This document shows, piece after piece, positions 52,621-61,612 of a stretch of DNA of 64,000 nucleotides. A program made the translations under genes and the position numbers. Positions within the stretch are counted from its first letter, which is position 1, and the number at the start of each line of letters is the position of its first letter. This DNA is from Candidatus Sericytochromatia bacterium. Its GTDB lineage: Bacteria > Cyanobacteriota > Sericytochromatia > S15B-MN24 > UBA4093. The notes beneath the pieces were generated by a model. That model made no database searches and had not been told where the DNA came from. It was given only the letters and a program-made list of their open reading frames with translations. Location of the stretch: positions 64,228-128,227 of the forward strand of contig JAKFCT010000082.1 in the NCBI GenBank assembly GCA_036676495.1, in the 5' to 3' direction.

Positions 52621-52816
52621 TGCGTCTCCCTGCCCCTCGCCTGGGCCTTTCGCATGGGGCTCGGACGCTAAAACCGGGCGGACAAGCTAAATACCGTCTG
52701 GATGCTTGCCCCATGGATGTGGTACACTCTTTCGTGTAACGAAAGGTGAAGCGATGAGGCTTCACAGTTACGTGTTCACCGGCGAATACCCACCCACGAC
52801 GAAAGAGGTGCCCTCC

Positions 52817-55330
52817 ATGAAGGCCGTCCTGATGGCAGGCGGATCGGGGACCCGGCTGCGGCCCCTGACCTGCGACATCCCGAAACCCATGGTGCCGATG
52901 CTCAACCGCCCGATGATGGAGCACATCATCAACCTGTTGAAGCGCCACGGGATCACGGACATCATCGTCACGCTCTACTACTTGCCGCACGTCATCCAGA
53001 ACTACTTCGGCGACGGACGCGACTTCGGGGTCAACATCACCTACTCGGTCGAGGAGAAGATGCCCCTGGGCACCGCCGGCTCGGTCAAGGCCATCGAGCA
53101 GTACCTCGACGAGACCTTCCTGGTCATCTCCGGCGACTCGATGACCGACATCGACCTCACCGCCGCCCTCGACTACCACCGCCGCCAGCAGTCCCTGGCC
53201 ACCCTGGTCCTGACCCGGGTGGAGAACCCGCTGGAGTTCGGCGTGGTGATCACCGACGAGGCGGGCCGGATCCGGCGCTTCCTCGAGAAGCCCTCCAGCT
53301 CCGAGGTCTTCTCCGACACCATCAACACCGGCACCTACATCCTCGAGCCCGAGGTCCTGCGCCTCATGGAGCCCGAGAAGGAAGTCGACTGGTCCAAGGA
53401 TGTCTTCCCCCTGATCCTGCGCCGCAACGATCCGATGTTCGGCTACGTCGCCGCAGGCTACTGGGAGGACGTGGGCAACCTCCAGAGCTATCGCCAGACC
53501 CATTACGACATCCTCGAGGGCAAGGTCGCCATCGACATGACCTACCCCGAGCGCGAGCCCGGCCTGCACATCGGCGAGGGCACCTTCATCCATCCCACCG
53601 CGCGCCTCAACGGCCCCGTGGTGGTCGGCAACAACTGCCAGATCGGCGAGGGCGTCACCCTCAGCCCCGGCACGGTGATCGGCGACAACGTCATCGTCAA
53701 CGCCAACGCCTCCCTCAAGCGGCCGGTGATCTGGAACAACGCCTACCTCGCCGAGAACGTCGAGCTGCGCGGCTGCGTGGTCGGCAAGAACACCTCCATC
53801 AAGCGGGGCGCCGAGGTCCTGGAGGGAGCCATCCTCTCCAACGACGTCATCGTGGGCGAGGGCGCCGTCCTCAAGCCCAACGTCAAGGTCTGGCCCAACA
53901 AGACCATCGAGACCGGCGCGACCGTGGCCTCCTCGCTCATCTGGGGCTCCAGCGCCCAGCGGACGCTGTTTGGCGCCTCGGGAGTGAGCGGCCTGGTCAA
54001 CGTCGAGCTGATCCCCGAGTTCGCGGTGAAGCTGGGGGCCGCCTACGGCGCCACCCTGCCTCCCGGATCCGCGGTCACGGTCAGCCGCGACGGCTCGCAG
54101 GCCTCGCGCATGCTCAATCGCGGGATGATCTCGGGCCTGATGAGCGTGGGCATCAACGTCCAGAACCTCGAGACCACCGCCATGCCCATCGCCCGCTACC
54201 AGGCCCCGGCCCTCAACGTGCAGGGCGGCGTCCACATCCGCATCTCGCCCGAGCAGCCGGACGTGGCCATGATCGAGTTCATGGATCAGCACGGCATGAA
54301 CATCACCAAGGCCATGGAGAAGAAGATCGAGGGCAACTACTTCAAGGAGGACTTCCGCCGGGTCCAACTCACCGACATCGGCGACATCTCCTTCCCGGCC
54401 CGCGTGGTGGAGTACTACCGCCAGGGCTTCAACAAGATGGTCACCGAGTCCCGCGAGCTTCGCGACCGCAAGCTCAAGGTGGTGATCGACTACGCCTTCT
54501 CGATCTCCAACGTGATCCTGCCGGGCATCCTCGGGGCGCTGGGCATCGAGCCCGTCGTCCTCAACGCCCACCTGCGTCCCAAGATGCCCTCCGCCAAGGA
54601 GAAGCGGGCCCTCGCCGATCAGCTCGCCGAGGTCACGCAGGCCCTGCGCGCCGACTTCGGCGTGCAGATCGACGCCCATGGCGAGCGCATGACCCTGGTC
54701 GACAACAAGGGCCGGGTCCTGCGTAACGAGATGCTCCTCTCGACCATGGCCCAGCTCTTCCTGAGCGCCAACCCGGGCGGCAAGATCGCGGTCCCCGTGA
54801 CGGCGTCCAGCGTCATCGAGCGCGTGGCCAAGCGTCATGGCGGCCAGGTGATCCGGACCAAGGCCAACCCCCGCGCCATCATGGAGGTGGCCCGCGCCGA
54901 GGACGTGCTCTTCGCCGGGACCGACGGATCCTTCATCTTCCCGACGCTGCACCCCGGCTTCGACGCCATGTTCGCCACGGCCAAGATCGCCGAGTTGCTC
55001 GCCAAGACCGGGAAGTCCCTCTCGCAGGTCCAGTCGGAGATCCCCGACTTCTACCACCTGCATGAGGAAGTTCCCTGCCCCTGGGAGCAGAAGGGCACCG
55101 TCATGCGCGTCCTGGTCGAGCAAGGCCGCGACAAGAACATCGAGCTGATCGACGGCGTGAAGCTCTACACCCAGAACGGCTGGGTGCTCGTCCTGCCCGA
55201 TCCGGTCGAGCCCCTGATCCACCTGTACGCCGACAGCGTCTCGGCCATCGAGACCGAGCAGCTGATCGAGGAGTACACGACGGTCATCCGTTCCATGGCC
55301 AGCGGCCAGGCCGAGGTGGCGCTCGCCTAA
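52817..55330 (+). CDS. Mannose-1-phosphate guanylyltransferase / phosphohexomutase-like fusion
   Basis: MAGGSGTRLRPLT..PKPM, PLGTAG, FLEKP, LbH repeats and a C-terminal PGM/PMM fold (LFG..GVSG, DGVK, WVLVLP). Confidence 0.9.
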   Translation: MKAVLMAGGSGTRLRPLTCDIPKPMVPMLNRPMMEHIINLLKRHGITDIIVTLYYLPHVIQNYFGDGRDFGVNITYSVEEKMPLGTAGSVKAIEQYLDETFLVISGDSMTDIDLTAALDYHRRQQSLATLVLTRVENPLEFGVVITDEAGRIRRFLEKPSSSEVFSDTINTGTYILEPEVLRLMEPEKEVDWSKDVFPLILRRNDPMFGYVAAGYWEDVGNLQSYRQTHYDILEGKVAIDMTYPEREPGLHIGEGTFIHPTARLNGPVVVGNNCQIGEGVTLSPGTVIGDNVIVNANASLKRPVIWNNAYLAENVELRGCVVGKNTSIKRGAEVLEGAILSNDVIVGEGAVLKPNVKVWPNKTIETGATVASSLIWGSSAQRTLFGASGVSGLVNVELIPEFAVKLGAAYGATLPPGSAVTVSRDGSQASRMLNRGMISGLMSVGINVQNLETTAMPIARYQAPALNVQGGVHIRISPEQPDVAMIEFMDQHGMNITKAMEKKIEGNYFKEDFRRVQLTDIGDISFPARVVEYYRQGFNKMVTESRELRDRKLKVVIDYAFSISNVILPGILGALGIEPVVLNAHLRPKMPSAKEKRALADQLAEVTQALRADFGVQIDAHGERMTLVDNKGRVLRNEMLLSTMAQLFLSANPGGKIAVPVTASSVIERVAKRHGGQVIRTKANPRAIMEVARAEDVLFAGTDGSFIFPTLHPGFDAMFATAKIAELLAKTGKSLSQVQSEIPDFYHLHEEVPCPWEQKGTVMRVLVEQGRDKNIELIDGVKLYTQNGWVLVLPDPVEPLIHLYADSVSAIETEQLIEEYTTVIRSMASGQAEVALA

Positions 55331-55427
55331 CGCCGGCGAGTTCTCCATCCGGTCTGCCGATTAAAGCCCGGAGTGGGGGGTATACTGTCGATACCCCCCT
55401 TCTCCTGGGCGTCAATAAGGTAGACCC

Positions 55428-56606
55428 TTGAGCGTCAAGAAGCGTAAACAAGCCAGAGCGCTGCAAGATCTCGTCCGGCGCATCCCCCTCACCAACCTGC
55501 TCGGCCTCCTCATCATCTACTTCCTGGCCAGCAACATGGCTGGAACGTTCGAGCTGATGATGGAGGGCTCGACCGGATGGTGGGTCGGCCTGCTGATCGG
55601 CGGCCTCGCGGGCGTCTTCCTCTTCGGAGCCCTCCAGAAGCACGTCCAGCGTTACGAGAGCAAGTTCAAGGCCCGCATCCAGGACGTGGCGCAAAAGATG
55701 GAGTCGAGCGCCGACGAAGAGGACAAGAGCCAGAACAAGCTGCTCGATGCCTTCGAGATCCAGTACCTGGGCGGCCACCCCGGTTTGAGGGTCTCGGACA
55801 AGCTCGTCTTCGGCACCTTGGAGGTCCGCGAGAAGTCCCTGATCTTCAAAAACAAGGAATCGCGCATCAAGATGTCGCTCGCGCGCCTCAAGCGCGTCTC
55901 GGTCGAGCCCGATCGCCTCATGCGCCACAAGAAGCTCCCCAACGTGAAGCTTCCGCCCATGCCGGTCCTCTCGAAGCGCATCCTCAAGCTCGGCTACGAG
56001 CAGCTCCGCAAGCTCCAGCGCTACGTCCTGCTGGACTACCAGGACGACATGGGCGAGCGTCACCTGATCCTCTTCTATCCGATGATCGGCCACCCGCTCT
56101 TCGGCAACCCCCCGAAGGCCAAGGCCATCAAGGTCGCGATCGACGAGCCCCTGAGCAAGTACCAGAAGGACGCGAAGAAGGGCACCAAGAGTTTTGCCAA
56201 GGAGGGCGGCACCGGCAAGCTCTCCCGGCCTCCCGCCAAGGAGCCTCTCCCCCAGCAGGCGGAGACCACGGTTCCGCAGGCTCCTCCTGCTGCGGCAAGG
56301 CCCGCACCCGCCCCTCGCCCGGCCGCTCCGCAGCCGGCACCCATGCCTCCCGCGCCGGTCAGCGACCTGCGCTACCAGGTGAGCCTGGTGGGAGCCGGGA
56401 GCACCCCTGAGGAGCAGCAGGCGGTCGCCCAGCAGATGGCGCAGCTCTTCGGACTCCCCCTGGAGAAGGCGCAAGCGGCCGTCCAGCGCATGCCGCTGGT
56501 GGTTAAGCGTAATCTCACCGAGGCGCAGGCCGATGAGCTCTACCAGTCCTTGAGCGCAACGGGTGCGCGCGTCTCGGTCGAGGCGATGCAGGCTGCCGCC
56601 CGTTAG
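55428..56606 (+). CDS. Membrane protein with two TMs, a PH-like domain, Pro-rich linker and L7/L12-C-terminal-like domain
   Basis: Two hydrophobic helices, YLGGHP..GTL, and YQVSL...FGLPLEKAQAAVQRMPLVVKRNLTEAQA...GARVSVE. Confidence 0.65.
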   Translation: MSVKKRKQARALQDLVRRIPLTNLLGLLIIYFLASNMAGTFELMMEGSTGWWVGLLIGGLAGVFLFGALQKHVQRYESKFKARIQDVAQKMESSADEEDKSQNKLLDAFEIQYLGGHPGLRVSDKLVFGTLEVREKSLIFKNKESRIKMSLARLKRVSVEPDRLMRHKKLPNVKLPPMPVLSKRILKLGYEQLRKLQRYVLLDYQDDMGERHLILFYPMIGHPLFGNPPKAKAIKVAIDEPLSKYQKDAKKGTKSFAKEGGTGKLSRPPAKEPLPQQAETTVPQAPPAAARPAPAPRPAAPQPAPMPPAPVSDLRYQVSLVGAGSTPEEQQAVAQQMAQLFGLPLEKAQAAVQRMPLVVKRNLTEAQADELYQSLSATGARVSVEAMQAAAR

Positions 56607-56612
56607 CCGAGC

Positions 56613-56637
56613 GTCATTCCCGCGGAAGCGGGAATCC
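56613..56637 (+). repeat. GTCATTCCCGCG-type palindromic repeat, family B
   Basis: gtcattcccgcggaagcgggaatcc. Confidence 0.65.
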
Positions 56638-56682
56638 ACGGGAGCCCACCTCCACTGAACTCCCGCTTCCGCTTGCGCGAGC

Positions 56683-56720
56683 AAAAACGGGGCTGTCTCA
56701 CGCGTGTGAGACAGCCCCGT
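56683..56720 (-). terminator. Intrinsic terminator of the TonB/HmuY operon
   Basis: acggggctgtctcac-gcgt-gtgagacagccccgt with a T-run on the minus strand. Confidence 0.8.
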
Positions 56721-56737
56721 CGGCGTTTGGCAGCGTC

Positions 56738-57982
56738 CTACTGGATGCTGCTGCGATCGATCACGGAAACCGTGTTGTCGCTGATGTTGGAGACATAGGC
56801 CTTGGTCGCGGTGAAGGCCATCTTGTGGTGGCCGTTCCCGACCGTGATCACGGCGATCGCCTTCTGGGTCTCGGCGTCGAGCACCGTCACCGACCCGTCG
56901 CCGTCGCCGCCCACCCAGACCTGCTGGGCGATGGTCGCATCGTCGTGACCTTCATGGGCGACGCGGTACCCGGAGGCATGGGCCGGCTTGTCGACGAGGT
57001 AGATGTGGACCGGCTTGGAGGCGGTGCTACCGCCGCGCCCGACGGCGACCTTGGAGTGCAGCGTGCCCGCGCCCAGGTCGATGATGGCGACTTCGCCCGC
57101 ACCGGCGCACGTGACGTAGGCGTAACGGCCATCCCCACGGATGACGAGATCGGTGGGCGTGGAGCCCACGCTCAGCTTGCCGAGCTGCTTCTTGGCCTTG
57201 AGGTCGTAGACGATGACGGTATTGGAGTTCTTGTTGCCGTAGACGAGAAGGGCGCCGTCGTTGAGCGTGGAGATGCCGATGGGACCGGGAGCGTTCCCGT
57301 CCTGAAGCGTCGTCGCTGCGGTCTCGCCGAGCTTCACATAGGAGACGGCGTTGTCGTTGGCGTTGGGGACGGCGAGGTAGCCGCCGCCGACGGCCAGAAA
57401 GCCCGCGACGAAGGCCTCCGCCCCGTCACGGGCGACGGTCAGCTTCTCCACCGTGGCCGGGGCCTCGAAGCCGTTGTTCCAGGTGATCTTCGCGACGTTC
57501 TCGCTGGCCGTGGTGCCGATGGCGAGGTAGGCGGTCTTCTCATCGGCCCAGACGATCTTCGAGCCGGGGGCCTTGCCGAGCGCCACCGTGTCGACGATGG
57601 TCTTGCTCTCGCCCTTGACCACGCGAAGGAGGTTGGCCTTGGAGTCCATGGTGACGGCGTACTTCCCGTCCTTGGTGGCCTGGGCCTGGGTCGGGCTGTT
57701 GCTCTCCTTGCCTCCTTCGAAGCTGAGGGTCTCGCTGACCGTGTCGGTGGCGGGATCGATGATCGAGATGTCTCCCGACTTGGGGTTGGAGTTGATGATC
57801 ATGCCGCCGGCGTAGGTGATGCCGTGGGGGCCCTGGCCGACCGCGAGGGTCTTGGCGTGGCTGAGCTGCTTGATGCCGTCCGGGAGGCCGGACTGGTTGG
57901 GCGACTGCGCGAAGCAAGCGCTGAGGAGGAGGGAGCCGGTCACCACGAAGGCGGCCAGCCCGCGAGAGGCGAGGCGGTGCAT
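56738..57982 (-). CDS. YVTN/YncE-like beta-propeller lipoprotein
   Basis: Lipobox LSAC; blades VGQGPHG, YAYVTCAG..EVAIID and AYVSNISDNTVSVID. Confidence 0.85.
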   Translation of the reverse strand: MHRLASRGLAAFVVTGSLLLSACFAQSPNQSGLPDGIKQLSHAKTLAVGQGPHGITYAGGMIINSNPKSGDISIIDPATDTVSETLSFEGGKESNSPTQAQATKDGKYAVTMDSKANLLRVVKGESKTIVDTVALGKAPGSKIVWADEKTAYLAIGTTASENVAKITWNNGFEAPATVEKLTVARDGAEAFVAGFLAVGGGYLAVPNANDNAVSYVKLGETAATTLQDGNAPGPIGISTLNDGALLVYGNKNSNTVIVYDLKAKKQLGKLSVGSTPTDLVIRGDGRYAYVTCAGAGEVAIIDLGAGTLHSKVAVGRGGSTASKPVHIYLVDKPAHASGYRVAHEGHDDATIAQQVWVGGDGDGSVTVLDAETQKAIAVITVGNGHHKMAFTATKAYVSNISDNTVSVIDRSSIQ

Positions 57983-58023
57983 GGAGGATGAGTCCTTTCG
58001 GATGCGTGACGCGAGGCGTTGGC

Positions 58024-59010
58024 TTACATGAAGCGGTAGTACGAGAGGATGAAGTTCTGATCGGTCATGGCGTTGACCCAGGGGCCGGGCGACGGATCGG
58101 CGCCGTAGGCAAGGCGGACGCCCTGGCCTTCCCAGAACCGCCACTCGATGCTGGGAGTCAACTTGATCTTGCCGAGCTTGGAGGCGGTGGGGGAGGTGTC
58201 CCGGGCGGCCATTTCCCCGTAGAAGGAGGAGGCGCCCAGGCCGAGGCGCCAGGACGGGACGAACTCCCAGTTGGCCTGGAATTGCCCGAGGAGGGACTGA
58301 CCGACGTAGAAGGCCGTCGAGACGTCGGCGGCAGGCTCCGAGAAGGGGCGCTGGTAGCCGACTCCCGCCGAGAGCTCGACGGGGCCGAGCATCTTCAGGG
58401 CCGAGAGACCGATCTGGGCGCTGAAGACGCCGCTGCCGGTGTAGGTCGCGGCCGACGCGCCGGTGGCGTTGCCCGTGGGCAGCATCAATCCGCCCCAGAG
58501 GGCCAGGGACGGCCAGAAATCCTCGCCCCGGTAGGCGACGTAGGAGGTTTGCAGGCTGATGTCACCCATGCCGGCGCCGGACTGCTGCTCGGACGCTCCG
58601 TCCATGGTGTCGATGGGGACGACCGCTCCCTGAGCGGCCCACTGGGCGCCGTTCAGCATGTTGGCGGCCACGGGAACCAAGAGGCCGAAGGTCCAGTCGT
58701 TGCCCGGATAGTAGGTCACGCCCAGGTTGGCCTGGAAGGTGTTGAGCGACGAGCCTTGGGGCTTGGGCGTCCAGGTGCCGTTCTCGTTGAAGCTGCCGGT
58801 GACGTCGCGGGCGCTCAGCGAGGTCTGGTAGAGGAAGTTGCCGTCGGAGGCGAAGAGGGTCGAGGCGCCGGCCACGGAGGTCATCTCCGCGCCGGAGCCC
58901 GGCAAGGCGCAGCCGCAGTTGCAGGCGTGAGCGGGGTCGGCGAGCATGCCGAGCGAAAGCAAGGCTACGGTGCCGAAGGCGAGGGGGTTGAATCGAATGG
59001 CCATGGCCAT
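58024..59010 (-). CDS. Putative outer-membrane beta-barrel ('transporter'/MetA-pathway-like) with N-terminal CxCxC
   Basis: Signal peptide ending AHA then CNCGC; GMGDISL, LMLPTG and alternating amphipathic strands. Confidence 0.65.
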   Translation of the reverse strand: MAMAIRFNPLAFGTVALLSLGMLADPAHACNCGCALPGSGAEMTSVAGASTLFASDGNFLYQTSLSARDVTGSFNENGTWTPKPQGSSLNTFQANLGVTYYPGNDWTFGLLVPVAANMLNGAQWAAQGAVVPIDTMDGASEQQSGAGMGDISLQTSYVAYRGEDFWPSLALWGGLMLPTGNATGASAATYTGSGVFSAQIGLSALKMLGPVELSAGVGYQRPFSEPAADVSTAFYVGQSLLGQFQANWEFVPSWRLGLGASSFYGEMAARDTSPTASKLGKIKLTPSIEWRFWEGQGVRLAYGADPSPGPWVNAMTDQNFILSYYRFM

Positions 59011-59095
59011 TCACTCCTTTCCGTGTCGAGTGGAGAGCGAGGACGGGGTCGAGTGGAGGTCAAGCATGATTGGACCTCCCTCGACCCTTGTTTGT

Positions 59096-60862
59096 CTAAT
59101 GGGAGGAGTGGGCGCCGGCCGCGTCGGGCGATGGGCCGAGGGCGGCGATCCCGGCCTGGATCTGCGCCTCGAACCACGCGACGAACTTGGGATGCGGGGC
59201 GAAGCCGCTGCCGTGCGCGAAGGTGAGCCCTTCCAGCAGCCGTTTCTCGGGGCCTTGAGCCGTGGTGCGCGCGGGGATCACGATCACGCGGCCGCCATCC
59301 TGGTTGCCCTCCTCGACGAACTTCCGGACCTTGGCGATCGAGGGTTCGCGGAGATCCGGCCAGTCTTCCCGCCAGGTGGCCGTCTTGATCGCCCGGAACT
59401 TGCCGCCGCCCTTGGCGCGCATGGTGCTCGCCAGGGACTCCAGGTTCTGCTCCCACTCGGAGTTGCGGGCGTTGCTCGAGGTTCCGTGCGCGACGAGGAT
59501 GACCGTCTCCTTCTGGGCGTCCTGAGAGAGCGCGTTGGCGCGATCGAGCAGGGCCTCGGCGAAGAGCGGGCTCGCGTCGAGGCCGCCCACGGTCGTCATC
59601 AAGGCCGAGCTGAGGATGCGCTGGTTGCTCATCATCATGCCGTGGCCTCCGTGGCCGCCATGCCCGCCATGGCCCCCGTGCCCACCCGCCATGGCATGGT
59701 GGCCCATGGCCGCATGGTGGGCGGCGGACTCGACGTCATTGCCGATCATGCGCTCGACATCCGACTTGAAGCTGTCCGAGAGGCCGAAGACGCGCACGAT
59801 GACAATAGCCTTGGCCCCGCGGCTTTCGAGCCTGCGAACGGCGCGCTCCGTGACGATCGGATCGGCCATGGAGAGGGCGGGCTCGATCATGTAGCGGGAG
59901 GTGAGCGGCTTGACGGCGTTGATCATGGTCTCGTTCCAGTGGTGGTCGGAGCCGTGGGCCATGAGGATCACCCCGATCTCCTCGGGGCGCAAGGTCGCCG
60001 CCCGGTTGGCCTCGCGGCCGAACCAAAGCGGCAAGGCCGCATGCGTGGCCAGCTCACCGGCGATCAGCTCGACGCCCTTGGGAGCGGCCTGCTGAAGTGA
60101 CGCATCGAAGCTCATCATGCCGTCGAGCTTCTTGCCGAGGTGGAAGGGCACGATGACAGGACGCTCGGCTCCCTTGGCGGCAGCTTCGAGCTCGCGCTTC
60201 AGCGTGTCGGGGCCCGCGTTCACGACGACCGTCACGGCCTTGAAGTCGAGCCCGTCGGCAGCCTGCTTGGCAATCCGCTCCAGGTCGGCCCGCATGGCCT
60301 GCTGGGACTTGGCGTCCCCGGCTCCGGTGCTCACGACGATCGCCGTCCGGCCTTGGCGCTGGGCGACGGCCGATAGGCGCTGGGTCAGCATCTCGACGGC
60401 GAAGTAGGAGTCGCCGAAGAGCGGGCTCCAGACAAGCTGCGCGCCGGCCCTGGCCTGTGCGTCCTTGAGGATCGCCTGCACGCGCCGGTAGCCCGGATCG
60501 GCGTCAGAGAGGAAGAAGGGAAGCACGGCCACGCGCTTGGCGCCGGATTTGACCAGCGACTTGACGGCCTCGGTCACGCTCTTCTGGGTCCGATCGTCCG
60601 TGGTGTGGACGAGGGTGGCGTTCCGGCCCTTGGCGAAGGCTTCGAACGCATCCTGAAGCTCGGTGTTGCCGAGAAAGCCGCGGTCCGGCGCCACGAGCAG
60701 GTAGGCGGTGTCGGAGGCGGCGATCGGGGCGCCGGCATGGCCATGGTGGCCGTGGTGGGCAGCGGGCGCTGCGAAAGCGGGGACGCTGGACAGCATCCCG
60801 AGGCTCACCATGGCCGAAAGGGAGCCGGCGCTCAGAACCTTGCGAATCTTGGTCTTGGTCAC
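59096..60862 (-). CDS. Exported tandem CbiX/SirB-like class II chelatase, His-rich
   Basis: Signal peptide ending AFA; chelatase-like units (VAVLPFFL, IVPFHL, VILMAHGS, VILVAHGT, FAPHP); His/Gly/Met-rich loop. Confidence 0.75.
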   Translation of the reverse strand: MTKTKIRKVLSAGSLSAMVSLGMLSSVPAFAAPAAHHGHHGHAGAPIAASDTAYLLVAPDRGFLGNTELQDAFEAFAKGRNATLVHTTDDRTQKSVTEAVKSLVKSGAKRVAVLPFFLSDADPGYRRVQAILKDAQARAGAQLVWSPLFGDSYFAVEMLTQRLSAVAQRQGRTAIVVSTGAGDAKSQQAMRADLERIAKQAADGLDFKAVTVVVNAGPDTLKRELEAAAKGAERPVIVPFHLGKKLDGMMSFDASLQQAAPKGVELIAGELATHAALPLWFGREANRAATLRPEEIGVILMAHGSDHHWNETMINAVKPLTSRYMIEPALSMADPIVTERAVRRLESRGAKAIVIVRVFGLSDSFKSDVERMIGNDVESAAHHAAMGHHAMAGGHGGHGGHGGHGGHGMMMSNQRILSSALMTTVGGLDASPLFAEALLDRANALSQDAQKETVILVAHGTSSNARNSEWEQNLESLASTMRAKGGGKFRAIKTATWREDWPDLREPSIAKVRKFVEEGNQDGGRVIVIPARTTAQGPEKRLLEGLTFAHGSGFAPHPKFVAWFEAQIQAGIAALGPSPDAAGAHSSH

Positions 60863-60949
60863 GTGTCTTCTATCTCCTGAAGGGGATCCCAGCGAGATCC
60901 CCGGTGCGTCGCCTCGGCGACGGAAGCGGGCTAAGGGGTCAGCCAGGGG

Positions 60950-61585
60950 TTACGGGGCCGCGGGGGCTTCGATCTCGGCCCACTTGAACGCGATCATCCG
61001 CGAGGTGCCGTTCGCGTCCTGGTAGGAGAGGAACTGGACCTTCATGTACTTGCCGGCCGTCGTCTTCACGACGTAGACGACGTTCGGGTTGATCGAGACT
61101 TTGTGGTCCGCGTAGGTGTACCAGGAACCGTTTTCCTTGAGGGCGTAGACGGTCTTGCCGTTGACCGAGGCGTCGGTGAGGTAGGTCGCGGCGGGCGCCT
61201 GCTTCAGGGCGTTGAAGTCCTGATCGGCGAGACGGGTGATCACGACGCCGCCCTTGCCGTGAATGCCGCCGTTCAGCTTGGTGTCCAGGGCCTTGAAGCC
61301 GAGATCCCAGCCCGTGGAGTCTTCAGGGGTGGCGATCGTGACTTCCTTGGCCTCGGCGAAGCTGAAGTAGTGGTACTGGTCCGCTTTGGCGGCGTCGGCG
61401 TCCATGGTGAGGGTTCGGACCTCGCCGTCGATCGTGACCGTTCCGGTTTCGGTCCCGGTCTTCTCCTGCGTATCGGGGTTACTTCCGGCGATGCTCGGGG
61501 CGCAGGCCGTGAGGCTGGCCGCGAAGAGGCCGGCGAAGAGCGCGCGGGTCACGGTGTGGTTCAAAGGCAGGCGCATGATGATCAT
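60950..61585 (-). CDS. HmuY family heme-binding lipoprotein
   Basis: Lipobox LTAC; YFSF, WDLGF, WYTY and VYVVKTTAGKYMKVQFLSY. Confidence 0.85.
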   Translation of the reverse strand: MIIMRLPLNHTVTRALFAGLFAASLTACAPSIAGSNPDTQEKTGTETGTVTIDGEVRTLTMDADAAKADQYHYFSFAEAKEVTIATPEDSTGWDLGFKALDTKLNGGIHGKGGVVITRLADQDFNALKQAPAATYLTDASVNGKTVYALKENGSWYTYADHKVSINPNVVYVVKTTAGKYMKVQFLSYQDANGTSRMIAFKWAEIEAPAAP

Positions 61586-61612
61586 TCGTACTCCAATGGG
61601 GTGAGTGGGGGG

